A DNA stretch of 64,000 nt from Hypanus sabinus (taxonomy: Eukaryota). The notes beneath the pieces are model-generated. The model worked only from the letters and a program-made list of their open reading frames with translations. It was not told the origin of the DNA and did no database searches. Below, piece after piece: positions 12,841 to 26,049 of this stretch. A program made the position numbers and the translations under genes. Location: assembly GCF_030144855.1 (NCBI RefSeq), contig NC_082712.1, forward strand, positions 124,062,001-124,126,000, given 5' to 3'. Within the stretch, counting starts at the first letter, position 1, and each line of letters opens with the position of its first letter.

Positions 12841-13486
12841 GAATTTTGTAAAGCAACTGCGCTAACCACTACAATAAGGTGTACTTTATCAGAATGGTGA
12901 GCAAGTTCAGCCTTTATAATAACCTGATAGTTATTAACAATATGGGAAGACCCTATCCGTTAATGTATGACAAATCATCTATCTTTGGAATGGTGAAGAA
13001 TCTAAGCATGATAGCCTGCAATCTGTATCGATCACCTTGATGTGGAGGCCTTCCAACTACAGCTATTTTTCATTATCAGGAATCAATAACCAATTTTTCA
13101 ATTAGATCTGATATGATGTACTTTGTAGACTCACCCAGGCTGCACAAGGAATTGTCGCTGCAGCTTGGAGTCCTTTTTCTGCATTTTATAGAAGTTTGTG
13201 TGCAAGATGAAGTGGTGCAATCATGTCCCAAGCACATAATATTCCTAATTGACATGTTAGTGGAGAGCTGCATAATCAATGTTTCCATCTTTAGATCACA
13301 GGAGCATGAAGACCCACACCCAACACTTCAGGAACAGCTGCTTCTCTTCCACATTCAGACTTCAGACCAGTCAAGGAACCAATAAACCCAATCTCAATAT
13401 TCCTCTATTTATTTATTTTTTATTGTAACTTAATTTTTTTATGTCTTACATTGCGCTGTTGCAGCTAAACAGCAAATTTTACAACA

Positions 13487-13966
13487 TACACTCAGTGGCC
13501 ACTTTATTAGGTATACCTGCTTGTTAAAGCAAATATCTGATCAGTTGAGCAAGTGGCAGCAACTCAATGCACAAAAGCATGCTGACATGGTCAAAGGGTT
13601 CAGTTGTTATTCAGACGAAACATGACAACGTGGAAGAAATGTGATCTGAGTGACTTTGACCATGGACTGATTGTGGGTACCAGACAGAGCAGTTTAGTAG
13701 CTCAAAAACTGCGGATTTCCTGGGATTTGCACACACAAGTCTCTAGAATATACAGAGAATGGGGCAAAAAACACACACAAAAAAAAACAGATGACCGGCA
13801 GTTCTGTGGGCGAAAATGCTTTGTCAATGAGAGAGTTTGAGGAGAATGGTCTGATTGGTTCAGGCAACAGTAACTCAGATAACTACATTTTATGACAGTG
13901 GTGTGCAGATGAGCATCTCTGCACACACAATATGCGTCTCAGCAGCAGTGGCCAGTTTATTAGGTA
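13487..13966 (+). mobile_element. Tc1/mariner 5' fragment
   Basis: TA-CACTCAGTGGCCACTTTATTAGGTA end. Decayed transposase N-terminus KKCDLSDFDHGLIVG...VSRIYREW...CGRK. Confidence 0.7.
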
Positions 13967-14449
13967 TGTCAGTGATAATAAACCAGATTCTGATGTAAAA
14001 CTGATAGCATTTGCAGCATTTTTTAAAAAGCATTTTTCTGGTGAAGTATGAACTTGATCATTCAACTAATATATTTTAATGAATCATCTCATCAGTATTT
14101 GACTTAAGAGATATAAAGTACAAAACTATTAGATGCTTTTTTGTCACTCTATGTTTCAAAGAACACCATTCAGTGCATCAAAATGCAGGACCACATAGAT
14201 CTCTCTTCATTATTTCTGGTGATCGAATGCTATGCACAGCATAAATTTACCTTGACATAAACTCTTCATCTTTTCCAACAAAGTTCAACTGTCACTTTAT
14301 GAGGGCTCATCTTTCACTTGATACTTTCCCTCGAAGACTCTGCTTAGTCCACACACTTCTGCTGTCAGTTTGTCTGCTGCATCTTGTGCATGTAATCACT
14401 TGCCAACTGTCGAGCACTAATTCTGGCAGCAACTCAGATCTGACACACC

Positions 14450-15470
14450 CCGGTGACTAGCGGGGTGCCTCAGGGTTTCTGTTTTGGGCCCAATGTTGTT
14501 TGTAATATACATAAATGATCTGGATGATGGGGTGGTAAATTGGATCAGTAAGTATGCCGATGATACTAAGGTAGGAGGTGTTGTGGATAATGAGGTGGGT
14601 TTTCAAAGCTTGCAGGGAGATTTATGCCGGTTAGAAGAATGGGCTGAACGTTAGCAGATGGAGTTTAATGCTGAGAAGTGTGAGGTTCTACATTTTGGCA
14701 GGAATAATCCAAATAGAACATACAGGGTAAATGGTAGGGCATCGAGAAATGCAGAGGAACAGAGAGATCGAGGAATAACAGTGCATAGTTCCCTGAAGGT
14801 GGAGTCTCATGTAGATAGGGTGGTGAAGAAGGCTTTTGGAACGCTGGCCTTTATAAATCAAAGCATTGAGTACAGAAGTTGGGATGTAATGTTAAAATTG
14901 TACAAGACATTGGTAAGGCCAAATTTGGAATATTGCGTGCAGTTCTGGTCACCAAATTATAGGAAAGATATCAATAAATTAGAAAGAGTGCAGAGACGAT
15001 TTACTAGGATGTTACCTGGGTTTCAGCACTTAAGTTACAGAGAAAGGTTGAACAAGTTAGGTCTCTATTCATTGGAGCGTAGAAGGTTGAGGGGGGATTT
15101 GATCGAGGTATTTAAAATTTTGAGAGGGATAGACAGAGTTGACGTGAATAGGCTGTTTCCATTGAGAGTAGGGGAGATTCAAACGAGAGGACATGATTTG
15201 AGAGTTAGGGGGCAGAAGTTTAAGGGAAACACAAGGTGGTATTTCTTTATTCAGAGAGTGATAGCTGTGTGGGATGAGCTTCCTGTAGAAGTAGTAGAGG
15301 CCAGTTCAGTTGTGTCATTTAAGGTAAAATTGGATAGGTATACGGACAGGAAAGGAGTGGAGGATTATGGGCTGAGTGCGGGTCAGTGGGACTAGGTGAG
15401 ATTAAGAGTCGGCATGGACTAGGAGGGCCGAGATGTCCTGTTTCCGTGCTGTGATTGTTATATGGTTATA
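14450..15470 (+). mobile_element. CR1 LINE 3' part, young (open 245-aa ORF2 C-terminus)
   Basis: GVPQG...KYADDT, MEFNAEKCEVLHFG, LVRPNLEYCVQFWSP and SLERRRLRGDLIEVFK motifs. Tail TTGTTATATGGTTATA. Confidence 0.92.
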
Positions 15471-16314
15471 ATACCTGAGATTCTCAGCCCTTTATGGCAG
15501 AGAAACTTGAATTAATCACATGGAATATTGGAACAAAATTAAGTCATTCTTCTCCTCTGGCCTGCTCTGTTGTAATTTGAGATCTTTGCTGACAACACAA
15601 TTCCTCTGCCAATTCCATATTCATGCTGTTCAACTTGCTTACAATAATTTAGTGGGTGAGAGTTTCATAGTAGGCCATCCCTCACATGAGGAAGTGTTTC
15701 CAAACTCCTCTCCTGAGTGACCTTTCTCTAATTTTAATGAAGCATCCTCTTACCTTAGATTTCCTAAGAGCAGAAAATGATACCTACTTCTTTAGAAATG
15801 CCTTATGAACACTAATATATGTGATTTCTTGAGACCCCTGGGAACACATTAGTGTATACACACCGTGCTACTTTAATAGCTGTGGTACGCAAAGAAGTAC
15901 AAAATATTCCACATGTGGCTTTGTATTGTGGTAGCAACAATTGCATCCCATTAATATTAATAAAGTTATGAAGACTAATATTTCATTATTTTGCAGCATT
16001 TTTGTACAACATTTTAGTGATTTAAGTATAAAGATCCTTAATTTTCTTTGAACTTCCACAGTACCTAGTTTCCCCCAATTTATGGAATGGTAGGTCAGAA
16101 GAGAACTCAGCTGGAATTCAAACAAACTACAAAACTATTAACATCTTCGTAATTGCAGTGTACTGGAAACAAAACAAATATTGCAATAGAGTGATTTGTA
16201 CCATACTTAAGTCTACCTACCTGCTGACTGTTATGAACAATTTTTAATGAGAAATTGATTGAAGAATAAGCAATTATCAATGAGAACTCCCATTTGATTA
16301 GAAATGCATCATAG

Positions 16315-16529
16315 TGTGGCGACTCATTTCCTAGCGTATCCGAACCGACTCACAATTAGATAGCCTACGGGGGTTTGCGAGCACAGAGCTTTGGAGCCTC
16401 TTCGCCATGGGGGGTCGGTTGACAGAGGCTTAAAAGTGAGGCTGAAGTTTTCGAATAAAGTTTTTTCCTTCGACTGCAGTTACCGACTCCGTGTCGTAAT
16501 TTTAGCGCTGCGTGTAGCACACCGCTACA
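16315..16529 (+). mobile_element. Solo LTR (215 bp), Gypsy-type
   Basis: TGTGGCG...CGCTACA termini (6/7 inverted), perfect 4-bp TSD ATAG/ATAG, internal TTAAAA and AATAAA, CpG-rich. Confidence 0.85.
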
Positions 16530-17229
16530 ATAGAATCTTTTACATCATTTGATCTGAAATATGGCACCTCGGTAATGAAACACTTCGTTTCTGAAGCAGA
16601 AAGGCAGAAGTCATTTTGAATTCAAATCTTATGATATAAAGTCGATCATGCACCAGGAGCTGTGCAGGCAAGCAGTGGGGATTGATCCCCAAAGCTTAGG
16701 TCTGAATTTTGAGGAAAGCTGCAAGTGTCATGACTTTTGGGGAAGGACACACATCTGAGATGAATTTATTAAGGAATATGAAATTGTAAATTTGTGGCAA
16801 ATTCAGTATACTTCAGTTTAAACAGTGAGGTGGAAGAGCACAAATCCACACTAGCAAATGTTAAGATTCAGACTGCTATCAGAAAGTTGTTTCTCCACTC
16901 AAAGAGTAATCAACTTTTAGACTGCTGTTGGAGACACAAATCCTGCACGTTCAAAATGACATCTGCAATTTCACAGATTTCAGTTTGTTTTTTGACTCGG
17001 GGGTAAAAAAAATATTTATTATTATTAAGATTATAGCAATATTTGATCTGTTAAAACCAGGAAATTAATCTACTAACATGGCATAAGAAGTGTGACAGAT
17101 GAAGGCAAAACAAATCTGGACAAGACAGGTAAGTTCCTGGGCTAGTAAAAGGAAGAATAGGAGCTATTTTTATTAAATATAAGTACTAATGCAGAGAAAG
17201 AGGCCCTTTGGCCTCCCAAAGTGCAACAC

Positions 17230-17900
17230 ATCACTCTTGTCTGCAACATACTCTGTTATTTTTCCAGCTAGTTCCAATCTCGGTACAAACTTTCATAGCT
17301 TCTTCATTGACCACTATAATCTGAGTGTCACCTGTAAATTTGCTGATACAGTTTGCCACATTATCATCTAAATCCTTAACATAGACGAAAAACAGCAATG
17401 GACCCAGCACCAATCCCTGCACTACACCACTAGTCACAGGCCTCCAGTCAGAGACAACCACCTACTACCTCTAAGCCAATACTAATTCCAGTTTTCTACT
17501 TTATTCTGAATGCTGAGCAGCTGAACCTTCTGGAACAGCCTCAAATGTGGGACTTAGTCAAAGGCTTTGCTAAAGTCACACAGGCAAAATCTACTATGTT
17601 TTCCTTCATCAATCTAGCAACCTCCTTTAAAAACTACAAGATTGGTGAGATGTGATCTACCATGCATAGATCCCTAATCAGGTCCTGTCTATCCAAATAC
17701 TTATGTCCTATCCCTTAGAATACTTTCCAATAATGTATCTACTGCTTATGTTCATCTCATCGACCTGTAATTTCCTGGCTTATTTTTACAACCTTTCTTG
17801 AAACAGGGAGTATTAGCTATCCTCCAGTCCTGCAACTTCTACACGATTCCCCCCAAGGTCCAATGGGACACCTTGTCAAACCCTAGGGATTATCCATCCT
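17230..17900 (-). mobile_element. CR1 fragment
   Basis: WRPVTSGVVQGLVLGPLLF...DLDD motif. Confidence 0.75.
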
Positions 17901-18214
17901 AATTTGTCCCAAGCTAGCACTTTATATTCCATTACACAGATATAGTCCGTGACCTCATTACTCTTACTATAGTACTGTAGACTGTGTTTATTTTCAAGAA
18001 AATATAGATACAAAAATAAAAATCATTTTAAGATGCCCTCCCATCTTTCAGTTCCATGAAGACCATCCTAATTGTGTCCTTTGCTCTCATTATGCTCTTA
18101 AATATAGCTATAGAAACCCTTGAGATTCTTTCACATTGTCTGCCACAGCAATCTCACATCCACATTTAGCCCTCCGATTGCTCTTTTAAATGTCCCCTTG
18201 CATTTCTTGTATGC

Positions 18215-19090
18215 AGAGTTCAAAGTAAATTTATTATCAAAGCACATACATGTCACCATATACAACTCTGAAATTCGTTTTCTTGTGGGTATATTCAGTA
18301 AATCCAAGAATCACAATAGAATGAAAGACAACATCCAACAGGGCAGACAAACAGCCCACGTGCAAGACAACAAATGCAAATACAAAACAAGAGCAATAAA
18401 TAGAGAGCATGAGATGAAGCATCCTTGGGAACTGTTCAGTGATAGGGCAAGTGAAGTTATCAACACCGGTTCAAGAGCCTGACGGTTGAGGCGGTAATAA
18501 TTGCTCTTGGTGAGAGTTCTCAGGCTCCTGTACCTTCTTCCTCATGGCAGCAGCAAGACAGCATGACCTTGATGGTGGGGGTTTCTTATGATGGATGCTG
18601 CTTTCTCGCAACAGCACTCCACACAGATGTGCTCGGTGGTGGGGAGGGTTGTATCAACTTCTTTTTGTAGGCATTTCCATTCAAGGGCATTGGTGTTTTC
18701 ATACCAGTCCATGATGCAACCAGTCAGTACTCCACCACACATCTATTGAGGTTTTTCCAAGTTTTATATCTCATGCTTAATCTTCACAAACTATTAAGTA
18801 GGCACACTGCTGTGCTTTCTTCGATACAAGTATGTGCAATTTCATAGGACAGATCCTCTGAAATTAACATTGAGGAATTTGAAGTCACTGACCTTCTCCA
18901 CACCTGATCCCTGATGGAGAATGGATCATGGAGCTCTTTCCTCCTCCAGAGGTCAATAATCAGCTCCTTGATCTTGCTAACATTAAGTAAGAGGTTGTTG
19001 TTATGGCACCACTCAGCCAGATTTTCAATCTCCCTCCTTTAGCTAATTCCTCACCACTTTTGATTCCACCAGTGGTGTCAGCAAGCTTGC
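18215..19090 (-). mobile_element. Rex1/Babar-like LINE 3' fragment
   Basis: VLTGCIMDWY...C..KAASIIRNPHH motif and the family 3' tail. Confidence 0.7.
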
Positions 19091-20929
19091 CTATATCTGA
19101 ATGCACCTCCTACTTTATGAGGCCCTCAACATCCCTTGATAACCAAACTTTCCTAAACCAGTTCGCCTTGCCCTTTCACTTGAACAAATAGATTCTGCAT
19201 TCTCAATATTTTCACTTTCAAAATCCTCCCATTTATCAAACACCTCTGCCAGAATGATACCATCAAAACTGGCCTTTCCTCGATTTAGATTCTCATCTAA
19301 AGGATCAGTCCCATCCTCCGTAACACATAGAATCCAAATTTCCTTATACAATTTGTGTTGTTTGCAATTTTTTTTTTGGAAAGGGAAGCTGGTACAATAG
19401 TTTCGTTGAGGGACTGAAGATGACAAACAGCCAAATGGAAAATATTCAATGACAAATGGCTATTCATCTCCAAGTATATTAAAAGAGATCTTATGGTTAT
19501 CACTAAAAGATTTGGAATAGAAATTAAAGGGTCATTACAATTATTAGCATTTCATTTGAAAGTTAATAGTGTAAAATCATATCCAGTTTCAAATCTTTTA
19601 TGGGTACAGTGGTAAGTCCTATTGCCACTTCTCAATTTAATATATCTCAAATTCATTCGTGCCTCCTCTCCCATTTGCACAAGGATTGCCTCTCTTGCAC
19701 CCCCTTTTTAAGGTGAGGATTTCCATCAGTAAGTTCCTAGAATATTCTGAACCATTTCCTGATCCAATTGCCATTCATGAATTTTAAGTTAAGTCTTTCA
19801 AAACAGTAGATAAACAATCCTGGCAACCAATATGGTTAGACTTACCTTTTGTATCTCATTCGATAAAAAAAACACTGCTTGATCTTCTGAAAATATTAAT
19901 ATATTAAGTTATACAAAAATGCTGCAAATCATCAGCTAATCAGGCAGCATCTGGAGGACTACGTTAACATTACAGGTAATAGAGCCAGTTGTTTACCTTT
20001 CCTACATTCTATTCTAGCCCAAGTTGCACATTTACTGCTGATGACACCAGCAGTAGTAGTTTAGCATTCAGGAGTAAACAATATCAGAATTGCAGCCATA
20101 AGCAAATTATGAATAACTTAGACCTGCATATCAATCACTGCTGGACTCAACCCGACAGTTGAAAGCCAACCGATATGCATTTTTTCTGCAGATTTTGTTC
20201 CATAAAATGAATATTACACAAGATTGTGAGTTGATTCTTACTGGATTACTGCTTAGTCAGCCCCAAGCTGGTGTTCATGGCAAAACATATGTTGCCCTCT
20301 ACATATTCAGCTGGCAATATTAGTCAGTATTTCAAGTTTAAAGAACTTGAGCTGCAGTACAAATCATCTAATGAGAGATAAGCACTAAAGGCTGTGAACA
20401 AACATTATAATTCAAAACTGTTGCTTAATTACAAACCAGTTTGTTAAGTCTAAATCACAAGCACTGGCTTAATCAGAATGTTTCCTGAATAGCTATAACA
20501 CCATCTTGTGACAAGCATGTGTGTGACTGTTTTAACTATTGCACAAATAGGCCCACACACGTTGAAGCATTGTTTTACTGTTGGTCAGATAGCTAACTCA
20601 CATCCATTCTGCAGATAAGTTGCTCAAATGTTCAACCCCCCCCCCCTTCTCCAGCTCTGTATCACTTTCGCCAATCACCTTTCCAGCTCTTAGCTGTATT
20701 TCACCAGCTTTTTGTGTGTTTTAATTTCCAGCATCTGCAGATTTCCTCGTCTTTGCGCTTTACAGAGGTGACCAGCTTTAGAGATACTGCTAACATTGAT
20801 AAAAGTCCCAGTGTCTGCCCTTTTAACACCTGGTGGCCTGTTCTATCTTTCATATTTAGTTGATGAAATATTAATTTCAGCTGTAACCTTAGATTTAATC
20901 TTACCACTAAAGTATGTGAAGTTACCATT

Positions 20930-21580
20930 ACTAAGATAAGGTTATTGGGAAACTGGAAGGTCTGATGTCACCTGGACTAGATGTTGTTCACATCAGGGTT
21001 CTGAAAGGAGACCTGAAGAGAATGTGTTGGCATTAGTAATAATCTTTAATGCATCACTAGATACTGGAATGGTTCCGGAAGACTGGAAAATTGCAAATGT
21101 CACTCCGCCCTTCAAGGAGGGAGAGGCAAAAGAAACTGTAGGTCAGTTAATCTGGGAAAATGTCAGGTCGTTAAAGTCAATTATTAAAGATGAGGTCTCA
21201 GGCACTGTTCCAAGGTAAAATCTTGCCTGAAAAATCTGTTGGAATTCTTTGAAATAACAAGCAGGATAGGCAAAGGAGAATCAGTTTATGCTGTGTACTT
21301 GGATTTTCACACCTTTAGACAAAGTGCCACACATAAGGCTGCTTAACAAGCTAATGTTATTACAATAAAGATTTTAGCATGGACAAAGTAATGGCTAATT
21401 GGTAGTAGACAAAGTGGGAACAAAGGGAGCTTTTTCTGGTTGGCTGCCAGTAGCTAGTGGTGTTCCACAGGGGTCTGAATTGGGACTGCTTCTTTTTATG
21501 TTGTGTCATTGAAGGGGAAACTGGCAGAGCAAACGCGATAGGCCAAAGGCCTAATTCTGCTCCCATATATCATGGTGCAG
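20930..21580 (+). mobile_element. Decayed CR1 fragment
   Basis: IFNASLDTGMVPEDWKIANVTP, DKVPH and SGVPQG remnants. Confidence 0.7.
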
Positions 21581-21681
21581 TTTTCGCAAAATGCATGGAA
21601 GTTGCGGACCGGCTTTAAATACAAAAACTGTTATTCTTATGTTTGACATTCACACATCACAAACACAAAATATTATAACTG

Positions 21682-21687
21682 TTTATT
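21682..21687 (-). terminator. RPLP2 polyadenylation signal AATAAA
   Basis: AATAAA 17 nt after the stop codon, followed by GT-rich sequence on the - strand. Confidence 0.8.
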
Positions 21688-21704
21688 TTAAGCCAGCTTT
21701 CAAT

Positions 21705-21781
21705 TTAATCAAAGAGACCAAAGCCCATGTCATCATCTGATTCTTCAGACTCTTCCTTCTTCTCCTCTTTCTTCTCTTCAA
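21705..21781 (-). CDS. RPLP2: RPLP2 exon 5, coding part to stop; spliced CDS is 336 nt / 111 aa
   Basis: (V)EEKKEEKKEESEESDDDMGFGLFD*, the canonical P-protein C-terminus. Acceptor TTTTCAG|. Confidence 0.97.
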
Positions 21782-22401
21782 CTGAAAATAAAAAAAAAGT
21801 CACAACCAAAACCCTCAATTCTCAAGACTAAATTCTCTAAAATAACAAAAAATATTTGGGAACTAATCACAAGAACACCAACATTGAGTTGAGAGCATCA
21901 TGTATGTACTAGTTTACAGTTTCCAGTTTACAATTTTTAGATTTCTAGCCAAACATCGATTTCTTAGCAGTAACACTGAACAGATAGGTCAGGAACAGAT
22001 TTGTTTTATGAATTTGAAGGAATGATGCAGTTCTTTTGTCTACACTATAAGAATGTACATTCTCACAATAAATTGCACATCCTTTGACACTGGCAATCTG
22101 GGGGGAAAAAAATCAACTGATGTGGCTGCACATCCCAGCACCAAAAACCAGCTACATAAAATGTTATAGGATTTAACAGTAAGATGTACCCTAATGTCTC
22201 ATTTTAGAACAAAAACTGTCAATAGTTCTCTGACCATACCCACAAGTTTATAAACCAGATCAATCAATGCCCTTTTATAAGCTTTTTTCCCCAGTGCAAC
22301 TATGTATATAGTTGGTCAGATTTGCCTCCATTGCTGTAAATTACAATTTTATACTAATTTACATTTTCCACTCATCCCCTCAAGGCAAACAAATCACTTA
22401 C

Positions 22402-22488
22402 CAGCAGCAGCTGCAGCTGGTGCAGCAGCACTTGTGGCACTAACAGCAACGGCACCTCCACTTGGGACACTTGCAAGCTTGGCATTGC
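22402..22488 (-). CDS. RPLP2: RPLP2 exon 4 (87 nt, Ala-rich hinge)
   Basis: (G)NAKLASVPSGGAVAVSATSAAAPAAAAA. Acceptor TGTTTAG|, donor G|GTAAGT. Phases are consistent with exons 3 and 5. Confidence 0.96.
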
Positions 22489-23879
22489 CTAAACAAGACA
22501 AGTTGTCAACTCAGTTCTCATTTACTTTACTTTATTGTCACCAAGAAATTGATACTAGAGTGTACAATCATCGCAGTGATTTACTCACCACCAACCCAAG
22601 GGAAGGTCAATTTGGCCTCATTTAGCCAGTTCAACAATTCAAAAGTAAAGCCCGCATAAACCTGCACCCAAAATCCACCAGGTAAAACTGTTTCTCCACA
22701 TGCAGCAGATTGCTTGGGGTTCCAGTCTTCTGCACAAATTAATTACATGGCCACCTGACAATCAAGAACCTACAAACTTCGAGTAACTTCTATCCCCATA
22801 CAATTCCAGAATGAGCCTCAGCATCTCATACTAATAAAAATTTATACACAACTGAATATTCAGGGAATGAGGCACAGAAGTCAGATAAAGAAATTTTTAC
22901 CAGCAATCTCAATCACACTAATCTGTGAACACTTGCCTCAGGGCAGGGTGATGGCTTTTTCTGGCAAGTATGAAACAAGGCCTTATTTCAATACCATCTA
23001 CAGCAAGTGATACAACACTGCAGTAATGGAGGCAAAAATCAGCAGGAATCTCTTCTCCCTTCTTGGGTAAATAGAAGAGATCCTATGAGACAGACACCTC
23101 AGTGATCTAGCCAACATTCTTTCCCCACCTCCAATTACCAAAAGAAAACTCAGCCATCCTTCTTTAAGATTCTAGTCATCTGAGCAACTTCTTGCATTAG
23201 AATAGTATATTTATAAGAATCACTTCAGCTAAATGAGCTTTGGAAGTGAAAGGCACCCTAGATGGTTCCTTACAAATTGACAGTGGCAAAATGGCCAACC
23301 ATAGCCACAGGTTAAATTTAAAATAAACATTAACCGCCTAAACTTCTAGACATAACCACTAACATACACGGAACCCACCCACCCAAGCAGAAAAACAAAT
23401 TTAAAGCTCAAGTAGTTTTCAATAAACCACTGCCTTTATTGCACCATTGAAAACTTAGTTAAGATCTAATCCAATACAAGACACATTGCTAGACAATGAT
23501 GCTCCTGGAATACTTTCATGGGATATTTGCTGCACACACTAGAAAACAGACGGGGTCTTGGTTTAACATCTTTTCAAAACATGTGTCCTCAACAATTTGG
23601 TACTACACTAGAATTCCTAACTAGATTGTGGCCTAGTCAAGGGTTTAAGTCCATCCTGTAGCTTGGAACCAATGGTTGCTAAATAAACCACTAGTTTTCC
23701 CACCTAAATTCTCAATTGAACTACCCATCACCACTGCAGCACAAACTAATCCAAAATTAATTTTCCACATAAAATAACCAGATTTACCAGCATCTTAACC
23801 AAGACCCCTGATGCTATACAAGTACAGTTTAAAGCCTGAACAACATTCCAACCTTTTATTGACAGTAACAAAGCAGCCT

Positions 23880-25232
23880 GAGATACACACACACAGAAAA
23901 CGCTAGAGGAACTCATGGAAGAAATAGGGGGAGCATCAGTGGGAGGGAATGGGTGGACAAGGAGTTACGGCTGATTTATACTTGTGCATACGGACTACGC
24001 CAAAATGCTAGTTGGCGGTGGGGTTTCTATGCCACTGTGTTGAGTTTCTTCATGAGAGACGTGGTGGAGGAAATGCATTTCAAACATTTTCGCATGTTGG
24101 CCGGTAGATTTGATTATTTACTTTATATCAGTGTACACACAGCCTACAGACATGGAGGAGAAGCAACTGGAAATGCGATGCTACCAAGCAGACCAATCAC
24201 ATTTGTTGCAGCCTGCGTCGTCTTGACGCGAGTAACTTTTCTGGAGGTGCACGTCACCCTACGGGGTAGATACAACGCTCAAGTATAAATCTACCTTTAT
24301 AGTGAGGGGAAGGGGTAAAGAGGATGGGGAATGGTGAAAGTGGGGGGGCACTGCCAGAAGTTGGGTTGGAGGCTACCCAGACAGAACACAAAGTGCTGTT
24401 GCTCCAACCAGAATGTGGTGTCATCATGACAGTAGAGGCAGCCATGAATTGACATGTCAGAATGGGAAGTGAAATTAAAATTGGTGGCCACTGGGAGATC
24501 CCACTTCTTCTGGAGCACAGAGCATAAGATACTCTGCACTTGTTCTGCCACACTTGCCCCTACACCTCCTCCCCCACTACCAGAGTCCCAGTCCTTCCAG
24601 ATGAGTTGACACTTCACCACGAGTCTGTTGGAGTCATATACTGCATCCAGTGTGGCCTCCTGTATATTGGTGAGACCCAATCTAGGTTGGTAGACCACAC
24701 TGCAAAGCACCTACACTCCGACCACCAGAAGAAGCAGGATCACCCAGTAGCCACGCATTTTAATACCACTTCCCATTCAGTAATCGTGGCCTCCTCTGTT
24801 GTGGTGAGGCCACACTCAGATTGGAGGAACTTTGTAATCCACCTGGGCAACCTCCAACCTGAAGAATATCTATTTCTCAAATTTCGTGTAATGCACCACC
24901 CCATTCTCTCACTTTATCCCCTTGCCTACCAATCTCCTCCCTCTGGTGCTCCCCCTTTTGCTTTCTTTAATGGCGTTCTGCTCTCTCCCAGTCTCCCTTC
25001 TCCAGCCCCGTATCTCTTTCATCAATCAACTTCCCAGCTCAGCACTTCATCACCCTCATTCACATATCACCTCACATTTCTCTCACCCCTACCCTGCTCA
25101 GTCCTGCCCAAAAATGCTCACTGTGCTTTTCTTCCCCCCCCCCCCCCAATAGATGCTAAATGGCCTGCTAAGATTCTCCATCATTTTGTGTGTTGCCTGG
25201 ATGTCCAGTATCTGCATCTTTTCTCCTGTTTC
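23880..25232. mobile_element. Penelope-like element with an inverted segment (GIY-YIG remnant) in RPLP2 intron 3
   Basis: VGVIYCIQCGLLYIGET...HPVATHFN on the + strand from 24540. The same region is present on the - strand at 24300-24540. pLTR-type ends on both sides. Confidence 0.75.
23968..24296 (+). mobile_element. PIF/Harbinger deletion derivative nested in a Penelope-like element
   Basis: TIRs GGCTGATTTATACTTGTGC / GCTCAAGTATAAATCTACC (16/19), TTA/TTA TSD, internal DVVEEMHFKHFRMLAGRFDYLL resembling a Harbinger transposase N-terminus. Confidence 0.7.
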
Positions 25233-25925
25233 AGTGATCTTGACAAGGCGATTCAGAATTGGTTTGCCCACAGAAGGCAGAGGGTGGCAGTAGATGGAGC
25301 ACATGCCTGCAGTGACTAGTTGCATTCCTAATGATCTGTTCTGGAACCTCTACTCTTGGAATGACTTGCAAGAGGGCAGTAGTCTGTTGATGGCACTCTG
25401 TTGGTGCTGTGGGTAAGATCCCGTTGTATGTTACAACACGACATTAATAGGATGTAGAGCTGCCATGAGTCACAGATGGAGAAGTGTAAAGTGATTCACT
25501 TCACATGGTTGAAACTGAAGGCAAAAATACAGGATTAATAGCAGCATTAACAGTATGGAGGAACAGAAATCTCAGTTTCAATGTCCATAGATCCCCCGGT
25601 TGCAGTGTAGATTGACAGGGTTGGCCTTCATTAGTTAGGCGAGATTGAGTTCAAAAGCCACAGAGCAATGCTGCTCTATAAAGCTCTGGTCAGACCTCAA
25701 TAGGATTATTGTTTTCAGTTTTGGACACCTCATACAAAGGATGTGAAAGTTTGAGGGTGTAGAGGAGATTTTCCAAGATGCTATCTGCATTGGAGAGTAG
25801 GTCTTACAAGGAAAGGCTGAGCAAGCTAGACCTTTTCTCTTCAGAAAAGAGATAATTTTATAGGGTAGTACAAGATCATTCTGTTCCAAATCTTTGGAAC
25901 TCTTCCATGATGGTGGAAGCAGAAA
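25233..25925 (+). mobile_element. Decayed CR1 fragment
   Basis: IQNWFAHRRQRVAVDG and LVRP..Y..QFW remnants. Confidence 0.65.
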
Positions 25926-26049
25926 CTTTGAATAAGTAGATATTGTATATTCAAAGAACAAAGCGAAAAGTTGCTGCTGGAATAAAAAGCAATGGCTACA
26001 ATACCAGGCCTATGACTTTAGAAAAAAAATAATAAACAAGGTGACTCAC

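Noticed and set aside
14658-15395. 245-aa ORF as a host gene
   Set aside because: It is the CR1 ORF2 C-terminus, with an upstream in-frame stop and a near-identical copy at 53462-54017.
19846-20123. - strand AG...GT-bounded segments suggesting a hidden gene between RPLP2 and PNPLA2
   Set aside because: The larger segment has stops in all frames, no homology was recognised, and such splice words are expected by chance.
22505-22580. C/D-box-like pair on the - strand (GCGATGA...CTGA) in RPLP2 intron 3
   Set aside because: The C box is mismatched, the D box is only about 22 nt from the 3' splice site (branch-point zone), and no rRNA complement was recognised.
23220-23356. SNORA52-like words (CACCCTAGA...CTTCTAGACA)
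   Set aside because: Antisense to the host gene, no valid H box, first hairpin too short and no guide pocket.
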